Shown here: positions 1-11,900 of the stretch, piece after piece
How the letters are laid out: each line of letters opens with the position of its first letter
How positions within the stretch are numbered: the stretch's first letter is position 1
DNA from: Camelus ferus
Lineage: Eukaryota
Assembly: GCF_009834535.1 (NCBI RefSeq)
Contig: NC_045696.1
Location: 3,534,001 to 3,598,000 of the forward strand
Length of the DNA: 64,000 nt
Reading direction: 5' to 3'
Made by a program: the position numbers and the translations under genes
Notes under the pieces: generated by a model
Seen by the model: the letters and a program-made list of their open reading frames with translations, nothing else
Database searches by the model: none
Told to the model about the DNA's origin: nothing

Positions 1-230
1 AGTACAGGAAAGGCAACAGCTGTGTATTGTGTAAGATACCCTGTCGGGCATCGTGTCAAAAGATATTGAATAGGTTCTTAGTTCTTAAATAACTTACATT
101 TCTGCTGGGGGGACAAGCAGCTAACCCTGTGTGGCACTGAATAAACCTTGCACGTGGCGTCGCTCCGGGTAGTGCTGGGGTTGGAGGGTCTTTGCTCACT
201 ATAAACTGCAGTGGTCAAGGAAGGTGTGCA

Positions 231-600
231 TGTTAGTTGGTAGGGCTGCTGGGACAGCACCACACCCTGGGGGTGCAACAACAGAAGTGTGTTTCTCACA
301 GTTCAGTTTTGGAGCCTAGGAGTCCAAGATGAAGGTTGTGGCAGGGTTCGTTTCTACTGAGGCCTCTCTGCTTGGCTTGTAGATGGTGGTCCTCCCTGAC
401 TTCACTTGGCCCCTCTCTGTGTGTGTGTCCTCATTTCTTCGTCTCGCAGGAGCACCAGTCATGTTGGATTAGGGCACCCCCTTGAGACCTCATTATAACT
501 TAACTATCTCTTCAAAGACCTCATCTCCAAATACGCTGACATTCTGAGGTGTTGGGGCTTCAGCATATGAATTGTGGGGGACACGGTCTGGCCCACGACA
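231..600 (-). mobile_element. MLT1-type (MaLR) solo LTR, old
   Basis: Motifs such as 'tttctcacagttc...ggagtccaagatgaagg', 'cagtcatgttggattaggg', 'ctcttcaaagacc..atctccaaatac' and 'cagcatatgaattgtggggacac' match the reverse complement of the MLT1 consensus as recalled; subfamily not determined. Confidence 0.75.
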
Positions 601-949
601 GAAGGCTTCCTGGATGAAATGGACCTTGAGCTGAGCTTCGACAGATGAGTGATGTTCAGCTGAGTGGTGTCCGGTGGAGGAGGTGGAGAAGGCCCAGGAC
701 ATTCCAGATTGGGTGGTGGAAGAGGCAGGTCCCACAGGCTGTGTCTTGGAGACCAAGCATCCGAGGCAGGAAGTCGCCACTGGGCGGTAACTGAGGGGAA
801 GAAAAATTTACAAGTAGTTTGAAACCAGATTTTCAGAGCCTTGAAGTCCATGTTTTTAAAATGTTGCATTTTAACCTAATAGAGAAGTTGTTTTTATCAT
901 TTTATTTGTTTTTACTCAGGTCTTAGGTCTCAGCTAAAATGTTGTATTT

Positions 950-1170
950 CCTGGCCATCTTCTCCAAACTACGGCACCCAGTCATAGCACCCTGTTTATT
1001 TCCAGTATAGCTCTTAGCACAGTCAGAAGTTACCTTTTTTTGTTTCCTTGTTCGTCATCTGATTTACCCCACTAGAAAGTGGGGGGCTTGTCCTGTGCAC
1101 CCCTGTATTTCAGGTATGTCTAACTATGCCTTGCACATAATAGGAGCCCAATAAATAAGTTGAATTAGTA
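950..1170 (+). mobile_element. L2 LINE 3' end fragment
   Basis: 'ccccactagaaag...cttgtcctgtgcacccctgtattt...gcacataataggagcccaataaata' resembles the degenerate L2 3' terminus. Confidence 0.55.
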
Positions 1171-4030
1171 ATAGTAATACTGAATGTGTACATCCAATGA
1201 ATGATCAAAGCTTCATTTTAGAAGGCTCAGTCTAGCAGCAGTGTTACAACAGATGGACTCGGAGAGCGTGATAGGAGGAGTGAATACCACTAGGAGATAT
1301 GTTACTTAGCTCCTTTAATAACAAGAACAGAAACTGACAGGCCAGCTTGAATAGAAAAAAAAATCTATTTTAAAGATACAGGGTTGCTCTTGAGGTTGAA
1401 GGAAAAAGCTGAAGAATTGGGCCAGGAAGGACAAAAACCAAGGAAACTGCAGAAATCTGTAGCGGGCCCTGCAGGCTGCGTTTTCGGGCCACGGCCGAGA
1501 TAAATCAGCTCCACTCACTGGCTGCCTTTGTTGTTGTTCTCAGCCCGTATTCCAGGTTCATAGTGGGCTTAGCTTTGGTTGTGTGCCCAGCCCTGAGCTA
1601 GGGGAGCACAGGGCATCAGACCACTCAGGGCAGCCGGGGGTAGGGGGTCCAGCAGGAGGTGGAACGGCTCCCGGGGCCAGAACAAAACAAGAGGCTGCTC
1701 TGTTCCCCGAGGTGTGCTCTGCCAGACACCCAGAGCGAGCGCACACCCTTGGACCAAAATCGGGCCTTCTCTAGAGAGACTGGCCAAGTGCGAAATGGGG
1801 TCCGAGGGAGTGACATCACTGCTCCTGAAGGTCAGATAAGTGAGGCCAGCTTTGAAATCTGAGGAGCTCTAGATGAGGTCTGGATATCGGCATTGTCTCT
1901 GAGTGAGTGATGATAAGGCCTAAAGTCAGAGCCGACTTCCTGTCACCATCTAACGGTGACATCAGATGAGAGACTCAGGGCTAAGTCCAGGGGTGAGGGC
2001 TTGGGGTGAGCAGCGCGGTGCGTGTGTTTGTATTCCAAAGTCAAGTGTAGGTGCTTTGTTTTTCTAACTAAGTGTTTGCTTTGTGTTATATGCATTCCTC
2101 CTTTTTCCCATTGTCACGGCCAGGACTGTACAAGCAGTCCCCAGCATTCTAAAGGACTGTGTGCCCAGAGTTCGGTCTCAGCTGAACGTTTCAGATGCAA
2201 AGAGACACCTCCCTTAGAGCTAGAAGTGAGGGCTTTGTGGGCTCCTTTTGGAGCGGACTTGATTGGTAATGCACCTTAGCTCTGCCACCAGCCTGAGTGC
2301 TAGTCTCCCAAACTCACAAGCTGGTGACGTTCTGGTCCCTCCCCATCTCTCTTCCTGGGCCCCTCATTCACCTCCTAGGGTCCTTTTAGCCAAGTGCATA
2401 GCTCTGCTTTGCTTTCTTCCATTTGTATCCCCAGAATGTTCTGTATTCCAGAATTGCCTACCTTCCCTCTATCTCCTTAAAAATCTTAACTTCCTGCAAT
2501 TGGTTTAAAGAGGAAGTTGTTTGCACTGAATTAACTTGTACTAAGATACGAATTCCCTGCCCCTCTTAGCATTTGGTACCTGAGGACTTTGAGGTGATGG
2601 GATGAAATAATTTACTAGACTCCAGTTGTGAAGGGCTTTGTAGCCTTTCTAGGGAATTGGAACTTCAAGCCAGGGCAAGCCTTCTGGAGATTTTAAGCCC
2701 TGGCAATGTCAGATGCATGTTTCTGAGAAGGATCTGTAGCAGAATGGTGAAGAATGGAACCTTCAGTATTTTAATAGTCCAGGGAGTGATGTGTCCCACA
2801 TCTTCCTGGATGTCCCCCCTCCCCCGTTCACTCATCTAACCGCCCATCCCACCCCACCCCGGGCCAAATTCACTGCTTCCTGAAATCAGTGTTCTCATAG
2901 CACTTTTTGTATCTTTCATTATACTTAATCTTACACGTCTCTCCTACCCCGGGAATGTGTGTCCCTGGACAAGAGGCTACCAGCCAGCTTACTCACCTCC
3001 CGTCACCACGTCTTCTTGTGATAGGAGCTTGTGGCAGCCCCCGGAGACATTCAGGAAAGGAAGAGGAGGAGGAAGTAAAGGGCTTGCCACACGGGAAACA
3101 CTGTACATGCCAGGAGCTGGCAGACGTGTGGCGTCTTTTGTTCTTCGTAAGAATTCTGCGTGGTGGGCAGCGCTAGCCCCACTGAACAGGTAAAGGAGAC
3201 TAGTACCCGGTCTAGTGGTCTTTACCGGGTGACACACCTAGTAGGTGGCAGAGCCAGGACTTCAGACAAGCAGACTAATTTGAAAGTCTTTTCCATGGAG
3301 CTGTAGTGACTTCCATGAATTGTTAACCGTAAAGATTCTCCCATTTTGAAATATCAGGAAATAACATGACATAGAAACAATTCAAGCAATTTTGGGAGTT
3401 TGGAAAGGTATCTGTGTGCAGGGATTCGAGTGGTAAACAAACCAGCCCCGTTTCAGAATCTGGTTTTCCTGGAGGGTTTGCTCAGCTTTTTCTGTGGTAA
3501 AGAGGCCTTCTCTTCCACATCTACCCACTTTTCTTGTAAGAGCACCAGAGTTTTCCACCATGACAGTAGTGGTGGCAGGAGCTCCTGCAGTGAGGGGTGG
3601 AGGTGAGCAGCGGGGAAGGAGGGGATGGGGACGTGGTGGCAGCATGCATTTATACTGAGAGCCTTCAGATTTGTGGTGCGCTGTCGTCTGTCAGACAAGG
3701 GGTCCTGCTTGTTCGTAAGTAAGACATACATGAGAGATCGGGTTTGAACCAGCAGATATGGGGGGAGAAAGCACCTCCAGCACTATAGCTGTCCTTATCT
3801 GAGTCTGAAGAGCAGAAAAGCAGGCGGGTTTGAGAACTCAGTCTGTACATCCACCAGCCACAGAGGGTTTTCTGGGCTATCTCCTGACATTCAGCAGTCA
3901 TGATTTTTTTCCCCTTTCTGTCTTCATTCTTAGTATATAGCATTTTATATTTTTAATGAAGTTGTTAAACTCAATAAACATACCTACTGTGTCATTAAAC
4001 ACAAAAGTCCAAAATGTTAATTTTTTGCAG

Positions 4031-4102
4031 CTTAACCAGGAAAGGGACCGTTGTTAAGTTTTGATGATTGAATTAAAAGGTAAAAGCAAGCGTCTCTGGA
4101 AG
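4031..4102 (+). other. Candidate non-coding 5'UTR exon of ZBTB21
   Basis: Acceptor 'ttaattttttgcag|' ends at 4030; two possible donors, AAG|GTAAAA (4080) and AAG|GTGAGG (4103). ZBTB21 has non-coding upstream exons in human. No transcript evidence. Confidence 0.3.
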
Positions 4103-4809
4103 GTGAGGAGGCTGGACAACTCTGTATGCTCCTGTCACCCCAGAGCCTAACCTAGAGCCCTTGTCCTGGGCTCCTGAGAGGACAGAGGGGGTCACTCTCC
4201 TCTGATAGCCCTTGGGGGGCCTTACTTTTGCCCCCAGGACCCCCACGTCGCCCTCCCCTCCGCAGCCTCACCACCTGCCCTCCCCTACGTGTGTCCTTGC
4301 TCCAGCCAGGCCCTTGGTCTTATCTCTGCGCTGGACCCAGTGCTCCTGTCCTTGAAGTATCCTTCACCCTTCCTTCCTCACTCTTCCCACATTTTCTGAC
4401 TCCTGCTGGTTCAGGAAACTTCTTTCGTAGAATGCCTTCCTTGACCTTCCTCCCACCTGGATCCAGGGTCATCACCTGCACTCCCTCTGTAGCTCCGCAC
4501 ACTACCACCCGGTGCTTTGGAGCGCGATGGGGGATGGACGCAAGACAGAGGCCGGGAGGCGGGACCGTGCCGACGCCTCCCGTGTCTGGCCGGTTCTAGC
4601 ACACACTCGGCAGTGCCTGGCTGTGGGACGTGTGTAAGCGGTGACTAAGAGTCCGGGCTCTGGGGCCAGGCGCCAGCCCCACTGTTAACCGGGTGACTTA
4701 GGCTCTTGATTCCTCCGTTTCTGGATGTAAAGCAGGGGTGATGGCAGTGCCTAGCACAGGTGTGTATGTGCGAATTAAAAGAGGAAACTAGAGGTGTGAT
4801 GGTGTGAGG

Positions 4810-5030
4810 GCTAAGACTGTGGCCTCTGGAGCCAGATCACCTGGTGTGAATCCTGCTCTGCTTCTGATCATCTGTGTGACCTTGAGCAAGATGCTTCACC
4901 CTCTTTGCCTCAGTTTACTCAACTGTAAAGTGGGGATAATAATAGTACTGCCTCCTAGGGTTGGTGTAAGTATTGAGTTGACGCATGAAGAATGTCTGCA
5001 GTAGTATGTAGCACTCAGATATTCCTAGTA
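4810..5030 (+). mobile_element. MIR SINE
   Basis: MIR core 'tgtgtgaccttgagcaag...gcctcagttt..ctgtaaagtggggataataatagtac..cctagggttg'. Confidence 0.8.
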
Positions 5031-5699
5031 TGAATGTCCAGGTGGTGTTTAGGCAGTGGAATGGAAGATCGATACTTCGAGTCGTTCTGCACTGGTTGTT
5101 AGGGATTTGGACGTGCTCAACCAGTTTTTAAGCAGGCACTCTCACTGGTGACTCTAAATGGCGGTTATAGTCGAATGAATAGTTTTAAATTCCAAATAAT
5201 TTTCAGGGACATTGACTATTCCTCTTGCAACTCAGCTCTCAGTGGCTTGTTTTTCCCTAATTCTCTGTTTTTGTTCAAGGAGTATAGAAGCCTGTGGTTT
5301 AGGGATTGGAAGCAGTTACTTAGCACAAAAATAGGGATCATGATTATTTGAAGAAAGCAAAAGAAGGAAACCTCTCTGAACAAGGAGGAAGTGAGAAAAT
5401 GCTTCGGGGGCCTGTAGGGACAGGGAGTGGGTGGCGTGTGGATTAGTACTGCTTCCTGTCCAGGGTGGAAGGTCTCACCTGGTTTAGTCCTCACAGAGTC
5501 CCTTAGCCTACAACTGTGATTTCAGGTTCCCTTGGTTTCTTAGTTTGGGTTCCCCGAAAGCAGACCCTGGTACAAGGATTCAGATGTCGATGTTTATTCA
5601 GGAAGTTACCCAAGAAGCACAAGGAAAGTTGCAGGGAAAGTGAAAGGAAAGGATGCCCACAAAGGGTACAGTAACGAATAGGTTCTTGCTCAGATTTAG

Positions 5700-6250
5700 A
5701 ATATCTCAACTCAATTCCTGAAAAAATTCTGATCTGATTTTCCTGTCAAACTTCATCTCAAGTAAGGACCTCCTTCCAGCTCTGGCAGAAACCTTGGAGA
5801 CATCCTTATCTCCTCACCTTATCCTCTGCAGTGAATCCATTGGAAATCCTAATGACTGTCTCTACCTCCATTGCTGCCACTCTGGTCCAGGCACCGTCCT
5901 GACTCACCTGCGTCACTTCTGTGGACTCACAGCTGATTTCTCAGCTTCCATCCTTGCCCTGCTTGCTGTGGTCCATTCTCTGCAAAGAAGCCAGAGCGAT
6001 CCTTTTGAAACATAATTCAGGTTGTTGTCATTCCTCTGCTCAGAATCTTCTAATGGCTTCCCATTTCACTGCTGGTGAAAGGTGTAATTCTTCCAGGGGC
6101 CACCCAGCCCTGCACGGTGCCCCCTCAGCCTCTTTCAGCTTCACCATCCACGGCTCCCTCGGCTCTGCGCTCCAGCCCTGCGGTTACTTTGGCTCTTTCC
6201 TCTGCATGTAATGCTCCTCCTTCAGTGACCCTCCTGGCTCATCCCTGTGT
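5700..6250 (+). mobile_element. L2 LINE fragment
   Basis: 'ctacctccattgctgccactctggtccaggcacc...agaagccagagcgatcctttt...cattcctctgctcagaatcttctaatggcttcccatt' resembles L2a. Confidence 0.65.
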
Positions 6251-6359
6251 CCTTCAGGCCTTCTCAGATGCTGTTTTTTTAAGTGAGTAGGTGAATGACA
6301 TGTGAAGTTGCTGATATAATTTGTAGTGTGTTGTAGGTGCTGAATAAATGGAGCAATTA

Positions 6360-6480
6360 TTGTTTCCTCTCATGATTCCCACAGTAACATTATTATCCCT
6401 ATTGTACAGTGAGGACAACTGAGGCTCAGAGGGTGGATTGCTCTGGAGCACTGACTCTCAGACTGTCCTGACTCTAACCC
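6360..6480 (-). mobile_element. MIR SINE fragment
   Basis: 'attattatccctattgtacagtgaggacaactgaggctcagag' is the reverse-strand MIR core. Confidence 0.6.
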
Positions 6481-6500
6481 ACAGGAAGGGATGTATTGTA

Positions 6501-6809
6501 CAGTTGGCCCTCTGTATCCACAGGTTCCACATCCATGCATTCAGTCAACCGCAGATGGAAAAATACTCAAAAAAAAAAAGGATCCAGAAAGTTCCAAAAA
6601 GCAAAACTTGAGTTTGCTGCTCACTGGCAACTATTTACATCATATTAGGTATTATAAGTAATCTAGAGGTGATTTAAAGTATACAGGAGGATGTTCCTAG
6701 GTTATATGCAAATACTCCACTATTTTTTATAAGGCACTTGAGTATCTATGGATTTTGGTATCTGCAGGGGCCCAGGAACCAGTCCACCATGGACACTGAG
6801 GGACAGCTG
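6501..6809 (+). mobile_element. TcMar-Tigger non-autonomous DNA transposon (Tigger3a/MER2-like)
   Basis: Terminal inverted repeats cagttggccctctgtatcca (6501) and tggacactgagggacagctg (ends 6809), with TA target duplications at 6499-6500 and 6810-6811; internal sequence typical of the family. Confidence 0.85.
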
Positions 6810-8952
6810 TACATCTCAACCCAGTGCCCACTTACTTACATGTGTGGAAATGTATGCATATAACTGAAAAGACCAGAGAGTTTCACAAGATCATAGTCAG
6901 CCTTAACTACGTTTGAGATATTCTGACTTTTTCTACTCTGCCCTAGTCATTTTTTTAATTGCTCATTTCAAACCACAAATTGATTTTAAGAAACCCTTTT
7001 AAAAAGTACTTGTCCAAAGTTTTTGACTCTGCATCTGTTGCTTTTCCTAGTGGCACCATCGGAGCTAGCTTTCTCAAAAATTACTCGCACTAAAAATAGT
7101 GTTCAGGATGCTGAGTTGATGAGTGTAGCATTATAAGCTATTTCTCTGCTGGTCCTCTGTAAATGATGAGAGGGGTTTCTTTGTGCATAAACAGATGTGT
7201 GATTACAAAGACAGTAGAGAAGGTTTAAGGGAGAGATTGAGATGGCTGACGAAAGGGAAAGGGAGGAAAGATACCCCCTTGAGGCGCTCAGCACTGACAT
7301 GAACGGTGGCGAGGGCAGGAGTGAGCAGAACCTCGGCGCAGGCTGACCGAGGCCGCTGTCTGTGGACCAGGCTCCAGGCTTCGTCCCTGGAGGCGAAGTC
7401 ATGCCTCTGGGTCAGTTAAGTGACGTCAGCACCACGACGGGGAGCCCGCAGAGCATCGAAGCCTGTGGCTCTGGCGGTCACTCCAGGCAGTGGCCTGGCA
7501 AACTCTTCTCTGCAGGTTCCTGTGAAGAGTGCTGCTTTGAAGCCCGAGGGGAGCCTGCGGGCGTGCTGGGCACCATGTTCGGGGCATCTGCGGCCTACCC
7601 TGAAGGATGGTAAAGCTGTCCAAGTGGTCTTACTCTGAATCCATTTTAATATTAAAAATAGATGTCATAGCTATTTTAAAGAGCAGATGGCACTGTAAGA
7701 CCAAGCCGAAGAGATGAGGCTTTATGGTAGCAGCGGCCTAAGTAAAGGGTCAGATTCAGAGAGTCAAGCGTTGTCTCTGTGTGAAATGGCTTCATCTCCG
7801 TCAGGAGCATGGCTCAGGTTACCTGGACCCTTTTTCTTTTATTCTGAGTTAAATATCTACTAATTCTGCTGTTTCAGAAAATTAATTGCACATTTGTCAA
7901 GTCCTTACTAGGTGTGAGATACAGGCTCATTTCATCTTTGTAACAGCCCTAAAGGACACACACCTGTTACCCATTTCAGGTGAGGGACCTGCTCATTAGA
8001 GACGGGAGTCCTCCACAGGGGAGGAGCCAGCAGTTCAACCCCCGCATCCAGGTTGGAGCCTGCACTCAGCCCCTAGGCCTTCGTGTCTTACCTTTAGACT
8101 TGAAGAGAATTTCAGTGAAATTTCAAGCCATTATCCCTTAGTTTAGAATTAGGATAATTAAGCTTAGATCCAGGCTAAAGGTTCCATTGTGCTATTGTTG
8201 AAAGTGTAATTTGGTAAGAAAATAGTATTCAGATTGCAAGGTATTTAGCATAAAAAAGAAAACAAACTCTTATTCTTTAACATTTCTAATAGCTTTGTTA
8301 AACACTTTGATGCAGCAGTAATAAGCAAATGATTTCTCTTTCCAAATCCTTACCTATTAAAGGTCCACCTGAGACCTCTACATTATAGCCTATTGTTAAT
8401 TCATGCTGTGTTTAATCATATCCAGTAATAAAACTGATTTCCTTTCAGAATTATGGACTCTAGGGGGTTCACTACTTTATGCTTACTCTCTGAGCTAATA
8501 AGGAATAGAATTAAACATCAAATGGATAAGAACGCTAAATAGCAAACCCTGTTTTCAAATATTGCTTCTCTACATACCTGCCAAGTTCTGGAAGCCTTTT
8601 TGATGGTATGAAAATGCCTTTAGTTACAGTCTATTCTTTTTTCTTTTTTCTTTTTTAATTAATAGACTTTATTTTTTTAGAGCGGTTTTAGATTCACAGC
8701 AGATAGCTATAGTCTTTAGTTCCCAAAATTCTTACATTTTAATCATTGACGACCTACTTAAGCCATGAGACTGGTTTCTTTATATTTTCCGTGTTATTTA
8801 AATAAGATTGTTTATCCAGAAATCTTTCCTCCGCCGACAACCTGCTGCACATTGGCACCTCCGACGCCCCTGCCCTCGGGCTGCTCTCGGGGAGCGCTCC
8901 TCCCGCGTTGCTCACGGTGATCTCACGTTTGTCTTCCAGACGAGCGCGCGCC

Positions 8953-11900
8953 ATGGAGGGACTCCTGCATTACATCAACCCGGCGCACGCCATCTCCCTC
9001 CTCAGCGCGCTCAACGAGGAGCGCCTCAAAGGGCAGCTGTGCGACGTGCTTCTGATCGTGGGGGACCAGAAGTTTCGTGCTCATAAAAACGTCTTGGCCG
9101 CCAGCAGTGAATACTTCCAGAGTTTATTCACAAATAAGGAGAACGAGTCACAGACTGTATTCCAGCTTGACTTTTGTGAGCCAGATGCTTTTGACAATGT
9201 TTTGAACTACATCTATTCGTCATCTTTGTTTGTTGAGAAAAGCAGCCTTGCCGCCGTGCAAGAACTGGGCTACAGCCTTGGGATTTCCTTTCTGACTAAC
9301 ATCGCCTCCAAGAGCCCCCAGGCCCCCTTCCCCGCGTGTCCCAGCAGAAGGAAGGCGCTCGCGGAGGAGGATGAGAACAGCTCTCAGAAGAGGAGCGTCA
9401 TAGTGTGCCAGGGCCGAAGCGAGGCGCAGGGAAAGCCCGCCAGCCAGGGGCAGCCCGACCTCAGCCACGCCTCCCGGCCCTTCGCGGGGAAGGCGGGCGG
9501 CGGGAAGCCCCCCGGCCCGAAGCCCGCCGAGCCGCTGCACGGCGCTGCGCTGCCTGACAAGAGCCGGCCGAAGGACGGCCCCGCGGGCCCGGCCCAGCCC
9601 CCGGAGCACGCCGGCTCTTCGGAGGAGCCGCCCCAGCAGCGGCCCGGCCAAACGGACCGCGGCGCTGCCTCCCAAGCCTCTGCCGGACCGGGAGGCGCTG
9701 GACGATAAGCCGGCCGCCGGGGCGCCGCTCCCCAAAGGCAGAGCCATAGAGCTGGCCCTCAGGAGGCCGCGGCCGCCCGTCCTGTCTCTGCGGGGCTCGC
9801 CTGAGACGCCCTACCTGCTGAAGGAAACCAGCAAAGGGGGCGGCCCGGGCGAGGATCGGAACTTGCTGTATTACTCGAAGCTGGGGCTGGTGATCCCGTC
9901 CGGCGGGCCGGGCCCCGGGAACCAGAGCATCGACCGGAGCGGCCCGCTGGTGAAGAGCCTGCTGCGGCGGTCCCTGTCGATGGACAGCCAGGTTCCCGTG
10001 TACGCGCCCTCGGTAGACTTGAAGTCTCCCCTGGGACCCTCTTCGGTGGCCGGCGACGCAGCAGGGAACGCGCTCGGTGCGTTATCTCAAAAGGCTTCAG
10101 TGAAAGAATGCAACGAGAGGGCGGCCCCGGACGACCGGCCGGCCCCGCAGCCGCACCGCCTCCGGTCCTTCAGCGCCTCCCAGCCGGCCGCGCGGGAGGG
10201 CGCGCCCCCCGCCGTGGAGGTGCGTGTGAAGGCCGAGCCGCACAGCCCCCCCGAGCCCTCCGACATCATCCGTGTCACCGTGGGGGACGCCTCGGCCGCC
10301 TCTGCCGGCGCTAGGGACCTAGCTCTGAAGACAGAGGACGACCCAAAGGACATGAGCCGGCTCCCGGCGAAGAGGAGGTTCCAGGCGGACCGGAGGCTGC
10401 CGGTCAAGAAGCTGAAGGCGGACGAGCACGGGTCTCCGGGGCCGGAAGACCATTTTGAGGCAGGCGCCAGCCCCACTCTCCTCCAGGCCGACTTCCCAGA
10501 TTCGGACTTGAATAGGGACGAATTTGGTGAGTTGGAGGGAACAAGACCAAACAAAAAATTTAAATGCAAACATTGCCTTAAGATCTTTAGATCCACAGCA
10601 GGTCTGCACCGGCACATTAACATGTACCATAACCCCGAAAAGCCCTACGCTTGCGACATCTGTCACAAGCGGTTTCACACCAACTTCAAAGTGTGGACAC
10701 ACTGTCAGACCCAGCACGGCATAGTGAAGAACCCGTCTCCAGCCTCTAGTTCACATGCCGTTTTGGATGAAAAATTCCAAAGAAAGCTGATTGACATAGT
10801 GAGGGAGCGAGAGATTAAGAAGGCCCTGATCATTAAGCTCAGGCGCGGGAAGCCTGGCTTCCAGGGCCAGACTAGTTCCCAAGCACAAGTCATCAAGAGG
10901 AACTTGCGATCCCGAGCCAAAGGAGCGTACATTTGTACGTACTGTGGAAAAGCCTATCGCTTCCTCTCTCAGTTCAAACAGCACATAAAGATGCACCCGG
11001 GAGAAAAGCCCCTTGGAGTAAACAGAGCCGCTAAGCCGAAGGAGCGCGCCGCTCCCGAGAGCCCCGTAGGGAGCTCGGAGGTTTACCAGTGCCGCCTCTG
11101 TAACGCTAAGCTCTCTTCTCTTCTAGAACAAGGGAACCACGAGCGCTTGTGCCGAAACGCCACCGTTTGCCCTTACTGCAGCCTTAGGTTTTTTTCGCCC
11201 GAGCTCAAGCACGAGCACGAGGGTAAGTGTGAGTACAAGAAGCTGACGTGCCTGGAGTGCATGCGCACTTTCAAGTCCTCCTTCAGCATCTGGCGGCACC
11301 AGGTGGAGGTGCACAACCAGAACACCATGGCGCCGGCCGAGGACCTCTCCCTGCCCGCGCTGGACCACAACGGCGAGGTGAGCGGCCCCGCCAGGCCCCA
11401 GGCCCAGGCCGAGCCCAGCAAAGCCAACCACGCGCCCGCCGCCAAGGACGACAACGCGTTCAGCGACTGCTCGGAGCAAGTCAACTTCGACTCGGAGGAC
11501 TCCTCCTGCCTCCCCGAAGACCTCAGCCTCTCCAGGCAGCTGAAGATCCAGGTCAAAGAGGAGCCGGTGGAGGAGGCTGAGGAGGAGGCGGCGCCCGAGG
11601 CCAGCGCCGCCCCCAAGGAGGCGGCCCCCGGCCAGGACTCCGGCCTGTGGCCCTGCGAGAAGTGCGGCAAGACGTTCCCTGCGCACAAGCAGCTGGAGCG
11701 GCACCAGGAGCTCCTGTGCTCCGTGAAGCCCTTCATCTGCCACGTGTGCAACAAAGCTTTTCGCACCAACTTTCGGCTCTGGAGTCACTTCCAGTCCCAC
11801 ATGTCTCAGGCCGCGGAGGACCCGGCGCACAAGGACTCTGAGCTGTGCCCCGTCCCCACCAACTCCCCGTCGCCGCCCCCGCTGCCCCCGCCCCCGCCGC

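Noticed and set aside
5520-5700. Possible ERVL-type LTR fragment
   Set aside because: Resemblance was limited to a short motif (gcagaccctg..acaaggatt); family and boundaries could not be supported.
8908-8952. N-terminal extension given by the ORF track (start 8908)
   Set aside because: It is a non-ATG start lying in the intron upstream of the splice acceptor at 8939; the real start is the Kozak ATG at 8953.
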